Source: Dimorphilus gyrociliatus (taxonomy: Eukaryota; Animalia; Annelida). Taken from it: DNA of 39,320 nucleotides. Position 1 is the first letter of the stretch, and every line of letters starts with the position of its first letter. The position numbers and the translations under genes are program-made. The stretch is from positions 1 to 39,320 of the forward strand of contig CAJFCJ010000105.1 of assembly GCA_904063045.1 (NCBI GenBank), written 5' to 3'. Of this stretch, positions 1 through 11,075 are shown in pieces. The notes under the pieces are model-generated. The model did no database searches and had not been told where the DNA came from. It saw only the letters and a program-made list of their open reading frames with translations.

Positions 1-920
1 GATAGTTTAATGTTTTTACAGTAAATTTCACTTCTCTATCACCTTCCTCCCAAAGTGTGTATAGTTTTATTACCTGTTCAGTCTCATAGATATACCAATT
101 GAAATATTAATTATTTGATTGAAAACAAAAGATAAAATGCGTGTTCCACACATTCAAATATATACTTTTTCGCTATCAGGATAATAGAATATTCCATTTG
201 GAAGATCTTCATCTGCTGGATAGTAAAATTGGCTTTTATTATAATCCCTGTCTTCAAATTCACATTTTTCTAGAAAGTAAAATGTCTCATTGTATTTAAA
301 TGAAAAATGAAATGTATTACCATTTTTAATGTGACGTAGTTTTTCTATTGGTATTTTGATAATACAGTCATAATTTATGCTTAATTTACTAACACTTCAG
401 TTATGCCTTGTGCCATCGTTCCTATAGAAATAAATTGAAATTCTAATTGCAGACAATGCTGTAAAACTGTTAGAGCTCTTTCAAACACTGCACCTATAGC
501 GTTTTTTGAAATATTTATAAGGATTATTATTTATCGATTGTCTATTTTAGATTTAGATTACAAAATCATTGATCATGCTTTCTTTTCTTTTGAGATTAAC
601 ACATTTACTCATTGATGTTGAATAAATCCAACAAAGGAACTGTCTCTAGTTTTGTTAAGTGTTTATTTGAGAAACTACTAGCAACCTTTGTAATGAAAAC
701 TGTTTAAAATCTTAATGAACTATTAAAATGAAAGTAGGAAATCCATTTAGATTATATATAGATATTTATAATATAATAACCACAGAGATTAGGGTTACAG
801 GTAAATCCATACCCATAGGGGTGAATGTCTTACGATGACCAAGGAAAACGGTTGTTGTTGATATTTATAGAAATAAAAAAATATGATAATATATTTATTG
901 AAGAGCTATTATACTATATG

Positions 921-1199
921 CTAACTCAAGAAAACAATGGATTCATCAGCTAATATCCTTCCAAGCCTATAATCATCCCAAATTTCAAATATTTTCTGTA
1001 CTTTATTATTCAGTCTATTGTACCATCCTTCCACACTATTATTAGTCCCTATTAATAATCCAAAGACTGACCAATTCAATGGTTTCCAAGTAGAATTCAA
1101 AATCCAAGTATTTTCGAAATATTCCAGCAAGTCTGAAAATGTTCTCAGGATTAGCGTTAAGATTGCATAGGGTCCCCAAAGAAATTTTGGGTTAATCAC
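921..1199 (-). pseudogene. Mutator/Phantom transposase C-terminal remnant
   Basis: WSVFGLLIGTNNSVEGWYNRLN matches the E-containing motif (IRTNNDxEGWHxRLN) of the intact transposases in this window; lacks the upstream DD region. Confidence 0.8.
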
Positions 1200-1731
1200 T
1201 TATGGACTTATACAGTTTTGGCTATTGATTATAAATCTGCAAAAATCGACCTCAAAATGTTTTAACTTTGGCTGTTGTTTTTAAAAACGTTTAAAAAAAC
1301 TACTATCATTCTATAGAGATAAAAAAACAAACTTCCAATGCGTTTTTAAAGTTGATATTTATTAGGAACATGTAACTTGGGCCTATTCAACTTTTTGTCT
1401 AAAGATATACCTAATAGTGCTTTTAGTTTACCTATTGTTTTTTTTATAACTTTTAAAAAAAATTATACATGCAAGGTCATAATTTGGGTCAAGAATTTTT
1501 ATTGATGCATGATGTTTGTTTTTGTGAGATGCAAGCTCATACAAAATTTGAGTACAATTGGAGTAGTATTAACAAAGTTACAGTTCGCAAAAGTTCGATA
1601 AAATGTCTGGAGTCTTTTTTTTAATGTTATGTATTGTTTGCAAGTGTGAATTTTAACTTGGGAAAAGTTCTTATTACGTTTTCAATAAAGGTATTGATTC
1701 ATTTTGACTCTTGAATATTTTTGATAGTAGC

Positions 1732-1866
1732 CACCTGGTGGATGGTATTGATATTAGACACCTGGTGGATGGTATTGATATTAGACACCTGGTGGATGGT
1801 ATTGATATTAGACACCTGGTGGATGGTATTGATATTAGACACCTTGTGGATTGCTTTGATATTAAC
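1732..1866. repeat. 27-bp minisatellite, 4 perfect copies plus 1 degenerate
   Basis: Unit CACCTGGTGGATGGTATTGATATTAGA starts at 1732, 1759, 1786 and 1813; degenerate copy at 1840. Confidence 0.95.
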
Positions 1867-1984
1867 CCTGGATAATATTTGAGAATTTTAGAGAATATTG
1901 AAGAATATTTGATAATAATGTTATAATTTGAAAGTTGATTGATGGACAATTTTTGTGCACTTAGAAATAATAACATGACAATAT

Positions 1985-2045
1985 TTAGACTTTGACCAAG
2001 TGAACCCAGGCTTTTTGAAATGTATAAAAGGAATTACATTACAAA
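1985..2045 (+). mobile_element. Short fragment of LTR subfamily B (U3/TATA region)
   Basis: TTTGACCAAGTGAACCCAGGCTTT..AAATGTATAAAAGGAATTACATT matches the reverse complement of about 5465-5515. Confidence 0.6.
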
Positions 2046-2396
2046 GTCAATTTTAAGAAAATTTTTCTTTAAGATTTTTGAATTTAAAATATTTCAGTTG
2101 TTGAGTAAATTTGAAGAAAGAGAATTGAGTTTGGCCCTGGAATTAGTATATCATCATCAATTTCAAAAACAATGTATTCAAAGTCAATACTGCTGCTAAT
2201 TTGTTAAATATAAAACATTGATCAATACTACTTCCTATAAATAGAACAATATTGGTTGATCAATAAATGAAAGAAATCTGAAGAGGAGAGACATCGCATT
2301 AAAAAATTGGAATATTTTTTCGCAAAAGTGACTCAGTATTGACATTGAAGCAATTGGAAAAACAATCTACCTCAGCAAAATTAGCCTGCTGATATG

Positions 2397-2417
2397 TATA
2401 TATATATATATATATAT
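2397..2417. repeat. (TA)10 microsatellite
   Basis: Direct reading. Confidence 0.9.
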
Positions 2418-2605
2418 CTGTATTGGTAATTCTTTAGATTGATTATGTAAGTGACAAATACTCTCTTAATCTAAAAAGAACAGATAATAGAAGCCATTTT
2501 GAGTTTAAAAATCAGCTCTCTTCACACTGTAACCAGAAATTAAAAAGAAATGTGATGAATATTTCCCAAAGGTGTGATTTTCATGTGAAAAGATATTTGT
2601 GAACA

Positions 2606-5181
2606 ATGAAAAATCCTCTTTTAAAATATCATGCAAAACAGATTAAAGCTGTTCTAGAAAATGATAAATTATTTAATAAAAAATTACAAGAGTTAAAAAT
2701 TAATTTAAATTGCTTTGATGATAGCAGCAAACTGTTGAAAATTATAGAAAGTATTCAATTCTTTGATAAGAAATATACTGAAATTGAAAATTTGATTAAA
2801 AATACATGGAAAAATGTAATTATTGAAAGAAAATATTCTTTTCAAATGGAATTTGAATTCTATCCTAAATTTTCATTGAACAATTAAAATTCTTCTAATA
2901 TTAAATTTGATGATATATTGACACCAACTCAACTTTTATTGAGAAATTGTAATAAAAATCAAGAAAATTTTGGCTTATTTTTCAAAGTTGAACAATTTTT
3001 AAATTATTTAAAATTTTTAAAAAATTTCAATCAAATAGTTTGAAAGAATTATATATTGAAAATTGTGGATTGGCAGAAGCGATTGAAATCAATTGTCCAA
3101 ATTTAAAAATATGTAAACTGGTAAAAGTTGGTAGAAAATTATATTTGAAACAATTTTTTAAAGACAATTTCAAATTACAAAAATTAAATATATCTGGAAT
3201 TTCATTATTAAATGATCTGGGAAAGAATTTCTTTGAAATATTAAGTAATTTGACAATATCATTATCATCTCTCAAATGTAATGATTGTTAAATGATTACA
3301 AAATCAAATGATTTACTTAATTTACTTAAAAATCACAATTGTTTAAATACTTTAGAAATGGATGGTAATCAAGTTGATTTGATTGATAAATTTGTTGATA
3401 CTTTGGATTTTTTTACATCTATTTTTTCAGCACATTGTCTAAAAGTATTAAAATTACCAATTATTAAATGCCCAAATAATCAAATAACAATGAAGACAGC
3501 AACAAATATTGATGATTTCTTGATGATAAAACTGGATTTGATATATCTAGATTTTGGTGGAAATTCTCTAGATAATATCTTGATATGTAATTTTATTAAA
3601 AAGCTAACTTCTTTTTCAATTAGTTTAAAAATCCTTGCTACAAATTGCTACAATTCAACTTTTAATGACTTATTGAATGATATTAATTTCTCTAATTATT
3701 CTAATTTTAAATATTTGAAAATTGTACATTCAAATTCAAATTTAAATTTGAAAGAGTTTAATGAACTTTTCACTTGTCCAAATAAGATCCTATCTCTAAA
3801 TGTTATAAGAAAAATTCACCTAAAAAATTGTCAACTATCTGATGATTTTTTAACAACATTGACAAATATTTGGACTGAACTAACTTCAATAAAAACTTTG
3901 GATATAAGTTATAATGAATTTACAAAGGATACTAGTTTAAATTTTTTAAAGATGATTAAACATGAAAAATTTCAACAATTTGATAATTTGTATGTACTTT
4001 GTTGTATTGTAATTGTAGGAAGTCCTAGCTCGTCACTATCAAATTCATCCTCTCCAATCATTTACCAATGTGCCAAAGTACTGGTCCAAATAGAACCTTT
4101 CAAGTTCGTCCACAAGTAGTCTTAATAAATGTAATTCCAGTAAAAATTAACCAACAAACACCAGTATTTCATTCAAAGAATATGTATTTGAGTAAATGAG
4201 TTTCTAGTTCTAAACAAGCAAGTTTGAACAACCAGCTGATGGTTAGAAAACTGAACTGACTACTGTTAAATTCGTAGGGTTTATATACTTTTCCAATAGT
4301 TCACAGTTCACAGATAAAAATATTCACACAAAGAAATGTAACAATTTGGATAAAGGGAAAGTTCAAATATACTTCCATGTTTGTTACTTTTTCTTTATCT
4401 TGGAGAACTTTTGCTCCCTATTTTAGTAGGTCAGAAAGTTGCCTAAGATGTAACAATTATTAATAGAAGTTGGATTGATTCCAAAACACAAAAATAGGAA
4501 AAGGTCAACTTGATGCCGTTTTAATATACAACAAATTATTAATAATAATTGTTTGTGTAAGATAATATGTTTCTGTGTAAAGGACTGGTAGGATAAAAGT
4601 ATTAAACTTAATCATCTAATATAGTATTGTGCATACAATACTGTTGAAAAGTGACAATAATCTAAAAACTCCAAATATAAATAGAATAGTGGAAGATATA
4701 ATTAATATTCATTAAATATGATGTGTATAATAATTTGGGTTAACATCTAGTTAGTTTAAATAGTGTATGTTGTAGTTTTAGGCGTGTAGAGTACTTTATA
4801 ATACTCTTTCAATATTGCTTTCCATTGATGAATGAAATGTAACAATTTGGGTGTATTGTGTGAATTTGTGAGCCTGGTTACAAGCTTATGTGTTTAGTAC
4901 CTACAAACTGCCTAAATGTGTACATTGTATATGCATCATTGTAATTGGAAAAATACGGATATATCTGAATATTTGAATTCAATTATGGAATTAAAATTTT
5001 TAAGAATTTTCAATTCAAAATCAAATGCTGCTAAACTGGTATCACATGCTGTTGTTGATGTAAATAATTCTTTTGAAAACAATTGACAGCATCTTAAATT
5101 GGACATTAAATAGTAATATTTTCTTTTTTTGCCACTCATCAAAACAAATACCAAGTGAATTTGATGATATTCACAAGTTTT
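2606..5181 (+). pseudogene. NLR paralog lacking NACHT (N-terminal domain plus LRRs), interrupted by a solo LTR
   Basis: N-terminus (MKNPLLKYH..NTWKNVIIERK..PKF..TPTQL) aligns with the NLR at 34723 (IRNNLLNYH..NTWTILMKERK..PKF..TPIQL). LRRs (VLKLPII, YLDFGGNSL, TLDISYN, LYMHHCN) align with 37200-37900. In-frame stops at 2885 and 3289, frameshift near 3030, LTR insertion at 3993. Confidence 0.8.
3993..4924 (-). mobile_element. Solo LTR (subfamily A), 932 bp
   Basis: TGTAC...GTACA termini; 5-bp TSD TTGTA (3988-3992 and 4925-4929); homologous end to end with 6416-7381; TATATAAA conserved on the minus strand. Confidence 0.9.
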
Positions 5182-5715
5182 CGTACTTGTTGTATTGTAA
5201 TTGTAGGAATTTCTGCTTCTTCAGAACAGTATTCGACCTTTCCAATCATTTATCAACTGAATAAAGTACTCAAACAAATAGAACCTTTCAAGTTTGTCCA
5301 CAAATAGTCTTAACAAATGTAATTTTGGTAGAAATTAATCAACAAAATGGCAGTATTTCATTTAAAGAGTATGTATTGAGTAAATGAGCTTTCTAGTTCT
5401 ATATAAGCAAGTTTAAACAACCAGCTGATGGTTGCAGAACTAAAATGAACTGCCAAACTGGGGAAATGTATTTCCTTTTATACATTTACCAAAGCTTGGG
5501 TTCACTTGGTCCAAAGATTACGAAGTTGAAATGTAACAGTCTTGCAATGCACATATAACAAAGACATGAAAAACTATTGCATCACTTATGGCTAAGATGT
5601 GGCACTGCAAAAACAAGCCTGCCTCTTCCGCATCTGTTTTTGAATAAGATGTAACAAGTTTGACATGCATTTTTTCTATATTGTTTGTTCCATCCTCCCT
5701 TAATTCCACATCTCT
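5182..5715 (-). mobile_element. Partial LTR, subfamily B
   Basis: Shares TATA-R-U5 with subfamily A (about 5182-5485); U3 differs from A but is homologous to 9480-9700; far boundary approximate. Confidence 0.7.
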
Positions 5716-6415
5716 CTTCTAAGTGGCTTACTCCTGATTCAGTTCTATTTGGACCAGTACTTACCTATAACCCCAGCAGGAAAGTACCTTATTATATTTA
5801 ATAATATTCTTCTTATCATTATAGAAAGGAAATATAAGTTTTTCATTTGAAATCTCAGAAATATGATCACTTTAATGTGGTAGGCCTATTTATGGAAAGG
5901 CACAAGCATCAGTTATGTTCAAAAAATTTACCCTGATCATTGAGTAGTGTCACTTTTAACCAGATTTTAACTATAAGGGTTTGCTATGTAAAGAAGGTAT
6001 TTATCATCTCTCAATGATTTATAATCTAGCTAATAGAAAAGATACTAAAAAGGCAACTTTTATTTAGTTCAAGACTACATACCTTCAGAGTTGGATTGCC
6101 TGCATAATGACAAATCTAATATGAGATTAAATAATTTTAATATTTCGAATGCACCCTTAAATGTCTTGATCTATATAAGACAATATCAGGTTGTAAAGCT
6201 ATTTCATTGGCAATTTTAAAAACTTTTGGAGAATATGATTGTTTTTTAAAATGTACTTGCATACCAAAATATTTTCAAATATTCAATATTCAAAAGTATA
6301 TTCAATGGTTACAATTAGTAATTATAAATATATATATATAGATATCACAAATATAAAAAACCATTATTGAACTGAATTTTTATTTCTAGATGATTTTAAA
6401 AAAGATTTTTGTGGA

Positions 6416-7381
6416 TGTACACATTCAGGCAGTTATTGTAAACCATATGCATATACTTACCTACAAGTATGCACAGTCTATAGAGTAACTCCAAATTGTT
6501 ACATTCCATTCACCTATGGAAAAGAAATATCAAAATAGTATTTAACAATACTCTGCCTGCCTAGTTAGTGTACAACACACCCTATTTTTATACTATTTAA
6601 AGGTAGTTGTAGAATATACTTACAACTAAACTTAAATTCTAGTTTTTATTAATTTGCACATCATATTTAATGATCATTAATTGTATCTTACACTATTTCA
6701 TATATATTTGAAGTGTGTAATTCATTGTCACTTCAACAATTATTGTAAGCACAATACTATTATAGATGGTCAAGTGAAGTTAACCTTACTCTGCCAATGA
6801 CTTATACTCAAATATTTTACTTTTGACAAACAATTATTATTAATAATTTGTGGTATTTAAAAACAGCTTTATGATGACCTCTGTCTATTTTTATGTGTTG
6901 GAACCAATCCAACATTTACCAAAAATTGTTACATCTTATGCAATTTTCTGACCTATTGACAACAGTTTTCCTTAACAAAGCAAAGTTAACAAATATGGAA
7001 CCATATTTGAACTTTCCTTTTATCCATAATGATACATTTGTTTTGTGTAGATATTTTTATCTGTGAACTGTCAACTTTTGGAAAAGTATATAAAGCCTAT
7101 GAATTTATCAGTAGGCAGTTCAGTTTTCTAACAGCTAACTTTGCGTTAAAACTTGCTTGTTTAGAACTAGAAACTCATTTACTCAATAAATACTCTTTGA
7201 ATGAAATACTGGTGTTTTGTTGGTAAATTTCTTGTAAAGTTTCATTTGTTGAGACAACTTGTGGACGAACTTGAAAGGTTGTATTTGGATCAGTACTTTG
7301 GTACATTGGTAAATGATTGGTGAGGATGAATTCAAATTTGATAAGCTCGAGATTCCTACAATTACAATACAACAAAGTACA
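6416..7381 (+). mobile_element. Solo LTR (subfamily A), 966 bp
   Basis: TGTAC...GTACA termini; TSD GTGGA (6411-6415 and 7382-7386); TATATAAAG near 7088, TCAGT initiator-like motifs near 7107-7120 and AATAAA near 7185 give a U3-R-U5 order. Confidence 0.9.
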
Positions 7382-7948
7382 GTGGAAGTTCAAATTTTAT
7401 AATATACACTCTGAAATATGTATCATTGGTCTATGGAGAAGATATTTAAATTGTTCTTCTTCTAGTAAATCCACTAACATTGGCATCTGTCTTTCCTTTT
7501 TGTTTTGCCATCACTTTCATTTCAATGATTTGTTTTAAATATTTTTTTGGGAGTGAATATGATATTTAGACCCCAAAGAGAAATTATTATTTCTTTGAAT
7601 GACACTGGCAGGACATTTCATTTTCTTGCTTCTAACTCCACATCTCCAAATTATGAAAGTTTTGTCTTTTCTTTTGATAACAAATGAGTGGCCATTAGAT
7701 ACAAGTAATTCTTTGCCTTTTTGACTTCCTGTAGGGAATATTCCGAATTTACCATTGCTGTCATAGTTCATCTCTGGTATACAAAAAAAAATTAAATTAA
7801 CTTATTCTATTAAATTTATTAGTACTATATATTTCAAAATTTTGTGGCCGTTTTCTGTCTCAATTGGGGCTGTTTTCTGTCTCAGTTGGGGCCGTTTTCT
7901 GTTCAAGTTGGGGCCGTTTTCTGTTGGGGCTGTGTTCTGTTGATCCCC
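7382..7948 (-). mobile_element. 5' end of a Phantom/MULE element (FLYWCH exon plus repeat-array TIR)
   Basis: ORF 7535-7771 GSQKGKELL..GHSF..IWRCGVRSKKMKCPA..HIH is a FLYWCH-type finger; tandem TGGGGCCGTTTTCTGT units at 7845-7940 end at a terminus reading GGGATCAACAG on the minus strand. Confidence 0.8.
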
Positions 7949-8260
7949 TTAAAAGAGGAACTCTTGTTGCATAACCGTTATCCATTTCTAAATTGCTTGC
8001 AAAGTCCAAGTTTAGCATTTCCAGACCTGTTTTAGTAATAACATAACCTCGAATATATTCACGACATAATGGGCATTGAGATTTAGGAAGACTGTTTAAA
8101 CATTTCTGACAACATACAACGTGACTGCATGGAAAGATAAGAGTATTAGCAAGTTGACTAAAGCACACTTTACATTGAAGATTGTTTCTCACTTCTTCAT
8201 ATAGAAGAAATTCTTTATTTGATGAATTATCTCTGTGATTGTGGTGTGTGATAAAAGAAT
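7949..8260 (-). CDS. C-terminal RING finger exon (IAP/MDM2-type C3HC4), 3' tail cut by a MULE terminus
   Basis: CKVC-x11-CSH-x3-CQKC-x7-CPLCREYI; upstream exons not resolved. Confidence 0.8.
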
Positions 8261-9479
8261 TTCCAATTATGAAGAAAAATTAATATTAATTATACCCTTT
8301 AGACATTCTGAGTTACTGATAAATACACTGAGAGTAGACTATAGGCTATAATATAAAAAAATTATTAAAATAAGTTAACTATTATAAATAAAGATACCAA
8401 ATGTATAATACTTTCAGATTATACCTAATCTCTTTTTCTGGTGGAATTCATTATAACCTCTTTCCTAACTCTTTCAGACATTCAATGTTTCGTATGGAGT
8501 TGATTATTTCTTCAAATTCCATAAATTCAATATGGATTTTACCACCTCATTCCTGGAAAACATGGCAGTTTGTGATCAGATCTCAGTAAGTATTGATAAT
8601 GTTAATACATTAAAAATTCAATGATTTTTTGTTCTTTGGATTACTTGCAGCTGCTTACACTAAAATAAATTTATGATTGCTTGATAGAATCTAATGAAAG
8701 TTTAATAATCTAGTTAGATTTAAGGAAAGTATCAATGATATTAATCAATCAAATGTAAAATTACAATAAAATTTATAAATCATTCCAATTATACTTAACA
8801 AATAATGCAGGGTTGTAAAAGATTTATTCAGATTTGAAATTCTAGTGTCTCTATCACCATCTTTCCTGTCTCATCACTTTTTAATTTATATGAATTTACC
8901 AAATTTGTCTAGACTCTATGACCTATTTTCAACACATTTTGAAGTATTATAATCATTGATTTCATTGTTAGTAACATCTGCTACTGATTGTAAAAAGAGA
9001 CATTAAAATAATTATTGTTGTGAATGAGAATAGGTCATTATTCACTTCTATTGAAGGCAATATGCAACCAAGGTAGAAATGTTTCAATACTATTAAACCA
9101 TGGTTGAAAAAGCATACTTTCTTGGCAAGAATCTCGAAGAATCAAACTTTAACAAAGCTAGTTTAAAAATTTCTGAGAAATTTGGAAAGAGATTAGATAA
9201 GGATGTTTCAATAAAGTTGACTTGCTGAGATCTGGTCATTTATTCAGCTGAGAAACTGCTATATTCAGTTTTCTGGGAAAAAACTGCCATTATATGACTC
9301 AAAAGACAATCTGAAGGCAAAATTTTAGGAGATCAGTCGAATCTTGTGAGAAATATTGATAAGACAGTTCCGGTTTATCTTTTAAGATTTGGTGGAACTT
9401 TAGAAAGATTTTTAATTCGTAGAGTTAGCTTTCAGTACTTTAGAAAGAACTCTATTTCGTAAGAAATGGACTCTTTGAC

Positions 9480-9879
9480 CATAACATATGGTGTTTACTT
9501 GGGAATTAACAAAGGAACAAAGAACATGGAAAAGATGCAGGTCAAACACCAGATGCTGATAAGGCAGGCCTGTTTACTGTGGCACATGTTTGGCATTATA
9601 TTTTATATGTGTGATATAACAGTCTTTCATATTTTTGTTACATGAGAATTATGAGACCATCAGATTTCAACTTTGTAATCCTTTGACCACTTGAGCCCAA
9701 GCAATACTGCCATTTTGTTGATTAATTTCAACTGAAATTACATTTGTTAAGACTACTTGTGGACGAACTTGAAAGGTTCTATTTGTGTGAGTAGTTTGGT
9801 AAGTTGATAAATGATTGGAAAGGACAAATACTGTTCCGAAGAAGCAGAAATTCCTACAATTACAATACAACAAAGTACA
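9480..9879 (+). mobile_element. Partial LTR, subfamily B, with an internal deletion
   Basis: Ends in ACAACAAAGTACA (LTR 3' end); 9480-9700 is homologous to the reverse complement of 5485-5715; lacks the TATA/R segment. Confidence 0.75.
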
Positions 9880-10764
9880 ATTGTCAACAGGAATGTAGGT
9901 TTAATTGGACCAGCTGGCTCCATAGTCTCTTCAACCAATGATATGGCTAAATGGTTAGCAATGATTTTGAACAAGGGCATTGCCTCGAATGGCAGAAGAA
10001 TACTACCCAAAGAAGCTATTGAATGTGTATTTACCAGCGAAATACTCTTTGATGATGTAGTAACTAATCTTTTAGGCAATAAACCACAACTAGGCCAAAG
10101 GACGAGTTATGGATTAGGCAATTGGAAAGGACATCAATCTGGTATTGAATACATTCAACATGGAGGGGATTTATTTGGTTTTCATTCAACACATGCTCTG
10201 ATAAGATCTTTAAAATCTGGATTTTTCTTCTCAAAAAATCATGGAAAACAATTGCTAGAACAATCAATTCTAGAAAATTCTATCAATAATATTTTATTGA
10301 CAACAATCTCCTTACAAGAAGCTTGTGATTTTCCATTCTTGGAGAATGCAAATTCCAACACATCATTTACAAAAAATAAACAAAACATTCCAATTTATTC
10401 TGAGTTAGTCGCAAGGTAAAGATTAAATAATGCCAATGTTACAAAATATACTGGTAGGTATGAAAATTGGGCCTATGGATCTATCAGCATTAAGACTATT
10501 GAAAGTGCACTTATCCAATTGTCTCTCAATTACAGAAATGCTGGACGATTTAATTTATTGTCATTTGACAATGAAATGTATATTGGAATTCCTAGACCAA
10601 GATCTGGGCCACCAATGCCTGAGATGTTATTTCATTTTGAAGAGGAAGAAAATGGAAAAATGAATAACTTAATCGCAAAAACATTTGAAATAACAGATCC
10701 ACCAATATTCCAAAGATCTTTAGGTCCAGAACCACCAGTTGATAATGAAAAGTGTATTGATTAA
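9880..10764 (+). pseudogene. Serine beta-lactamase-like protein, C-terminal half, with a DUF3471-like tail
   Basis: PAGSIVSSTNDMAKWL, YGLGNW and HGGDLFGF motifs, then YTGRYENWAYGSISI; one in-frame TAA at 10417 (10519-10764 continues in the same frame); SxxK/YxN half absent. Confidence 0.75.
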
Positions 10765-11075
10765 TGAATTTTATGTTTGTGAAATAAAAGACTGGTTCGT
10801 GTCTAGATCTTTTAAATTATGTATATTTTCTAATGTAAAAGTGAAAGAGAGTAGTAGCTAAAATACTTGCAAATCAATCACAAATCTAAATCTAATATAT
10901 TTCTTATTGAAATGTTAAGGTTGTTAAAGATAAGAAGACAATAGTGTTTACTCTATTTCGAAATTTATTTATTCAAAACGTGACTTTTATAAACTCTATC
11001 AGCAATTTGCCCTTATTTACCAGTGCATTTTTATAGTCCTTGACAAAATATACATACCATAGGATATCTTCCATT

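Noticed and set aside
120-560. Possible minus-strand exons (YNETFYFLEKC.., LINISKNAIG..)
   Set aside because: Short open stretches with no diagnostic motif; cannot assign a product
1674-1976. ORF with STRCLISIP repeats, or plus-strand LVDGIDIR resembling an ABC ATPase motif
   Set aside because: Both readings are by-products of the 27-bp period; no flanking domain support
2050-2350. Possible death-effector domain exon (LLSKFEEREL..NLKRRDIA)
   Set aside because: Multiple stops and frame changes; RxDL-like motif alone is insufficient
5880-6260. Possible degraded MULE DD region on the minus strand (YID..TFK)
   Set aside because: Requires several frameshifts; too weak to call
9667-10079. Listed ORFs inside LTR copies (also 7029-7538 and 32243-32443)
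   Set aside because: They translate R-U5 sequence; frames are not preserved among copies
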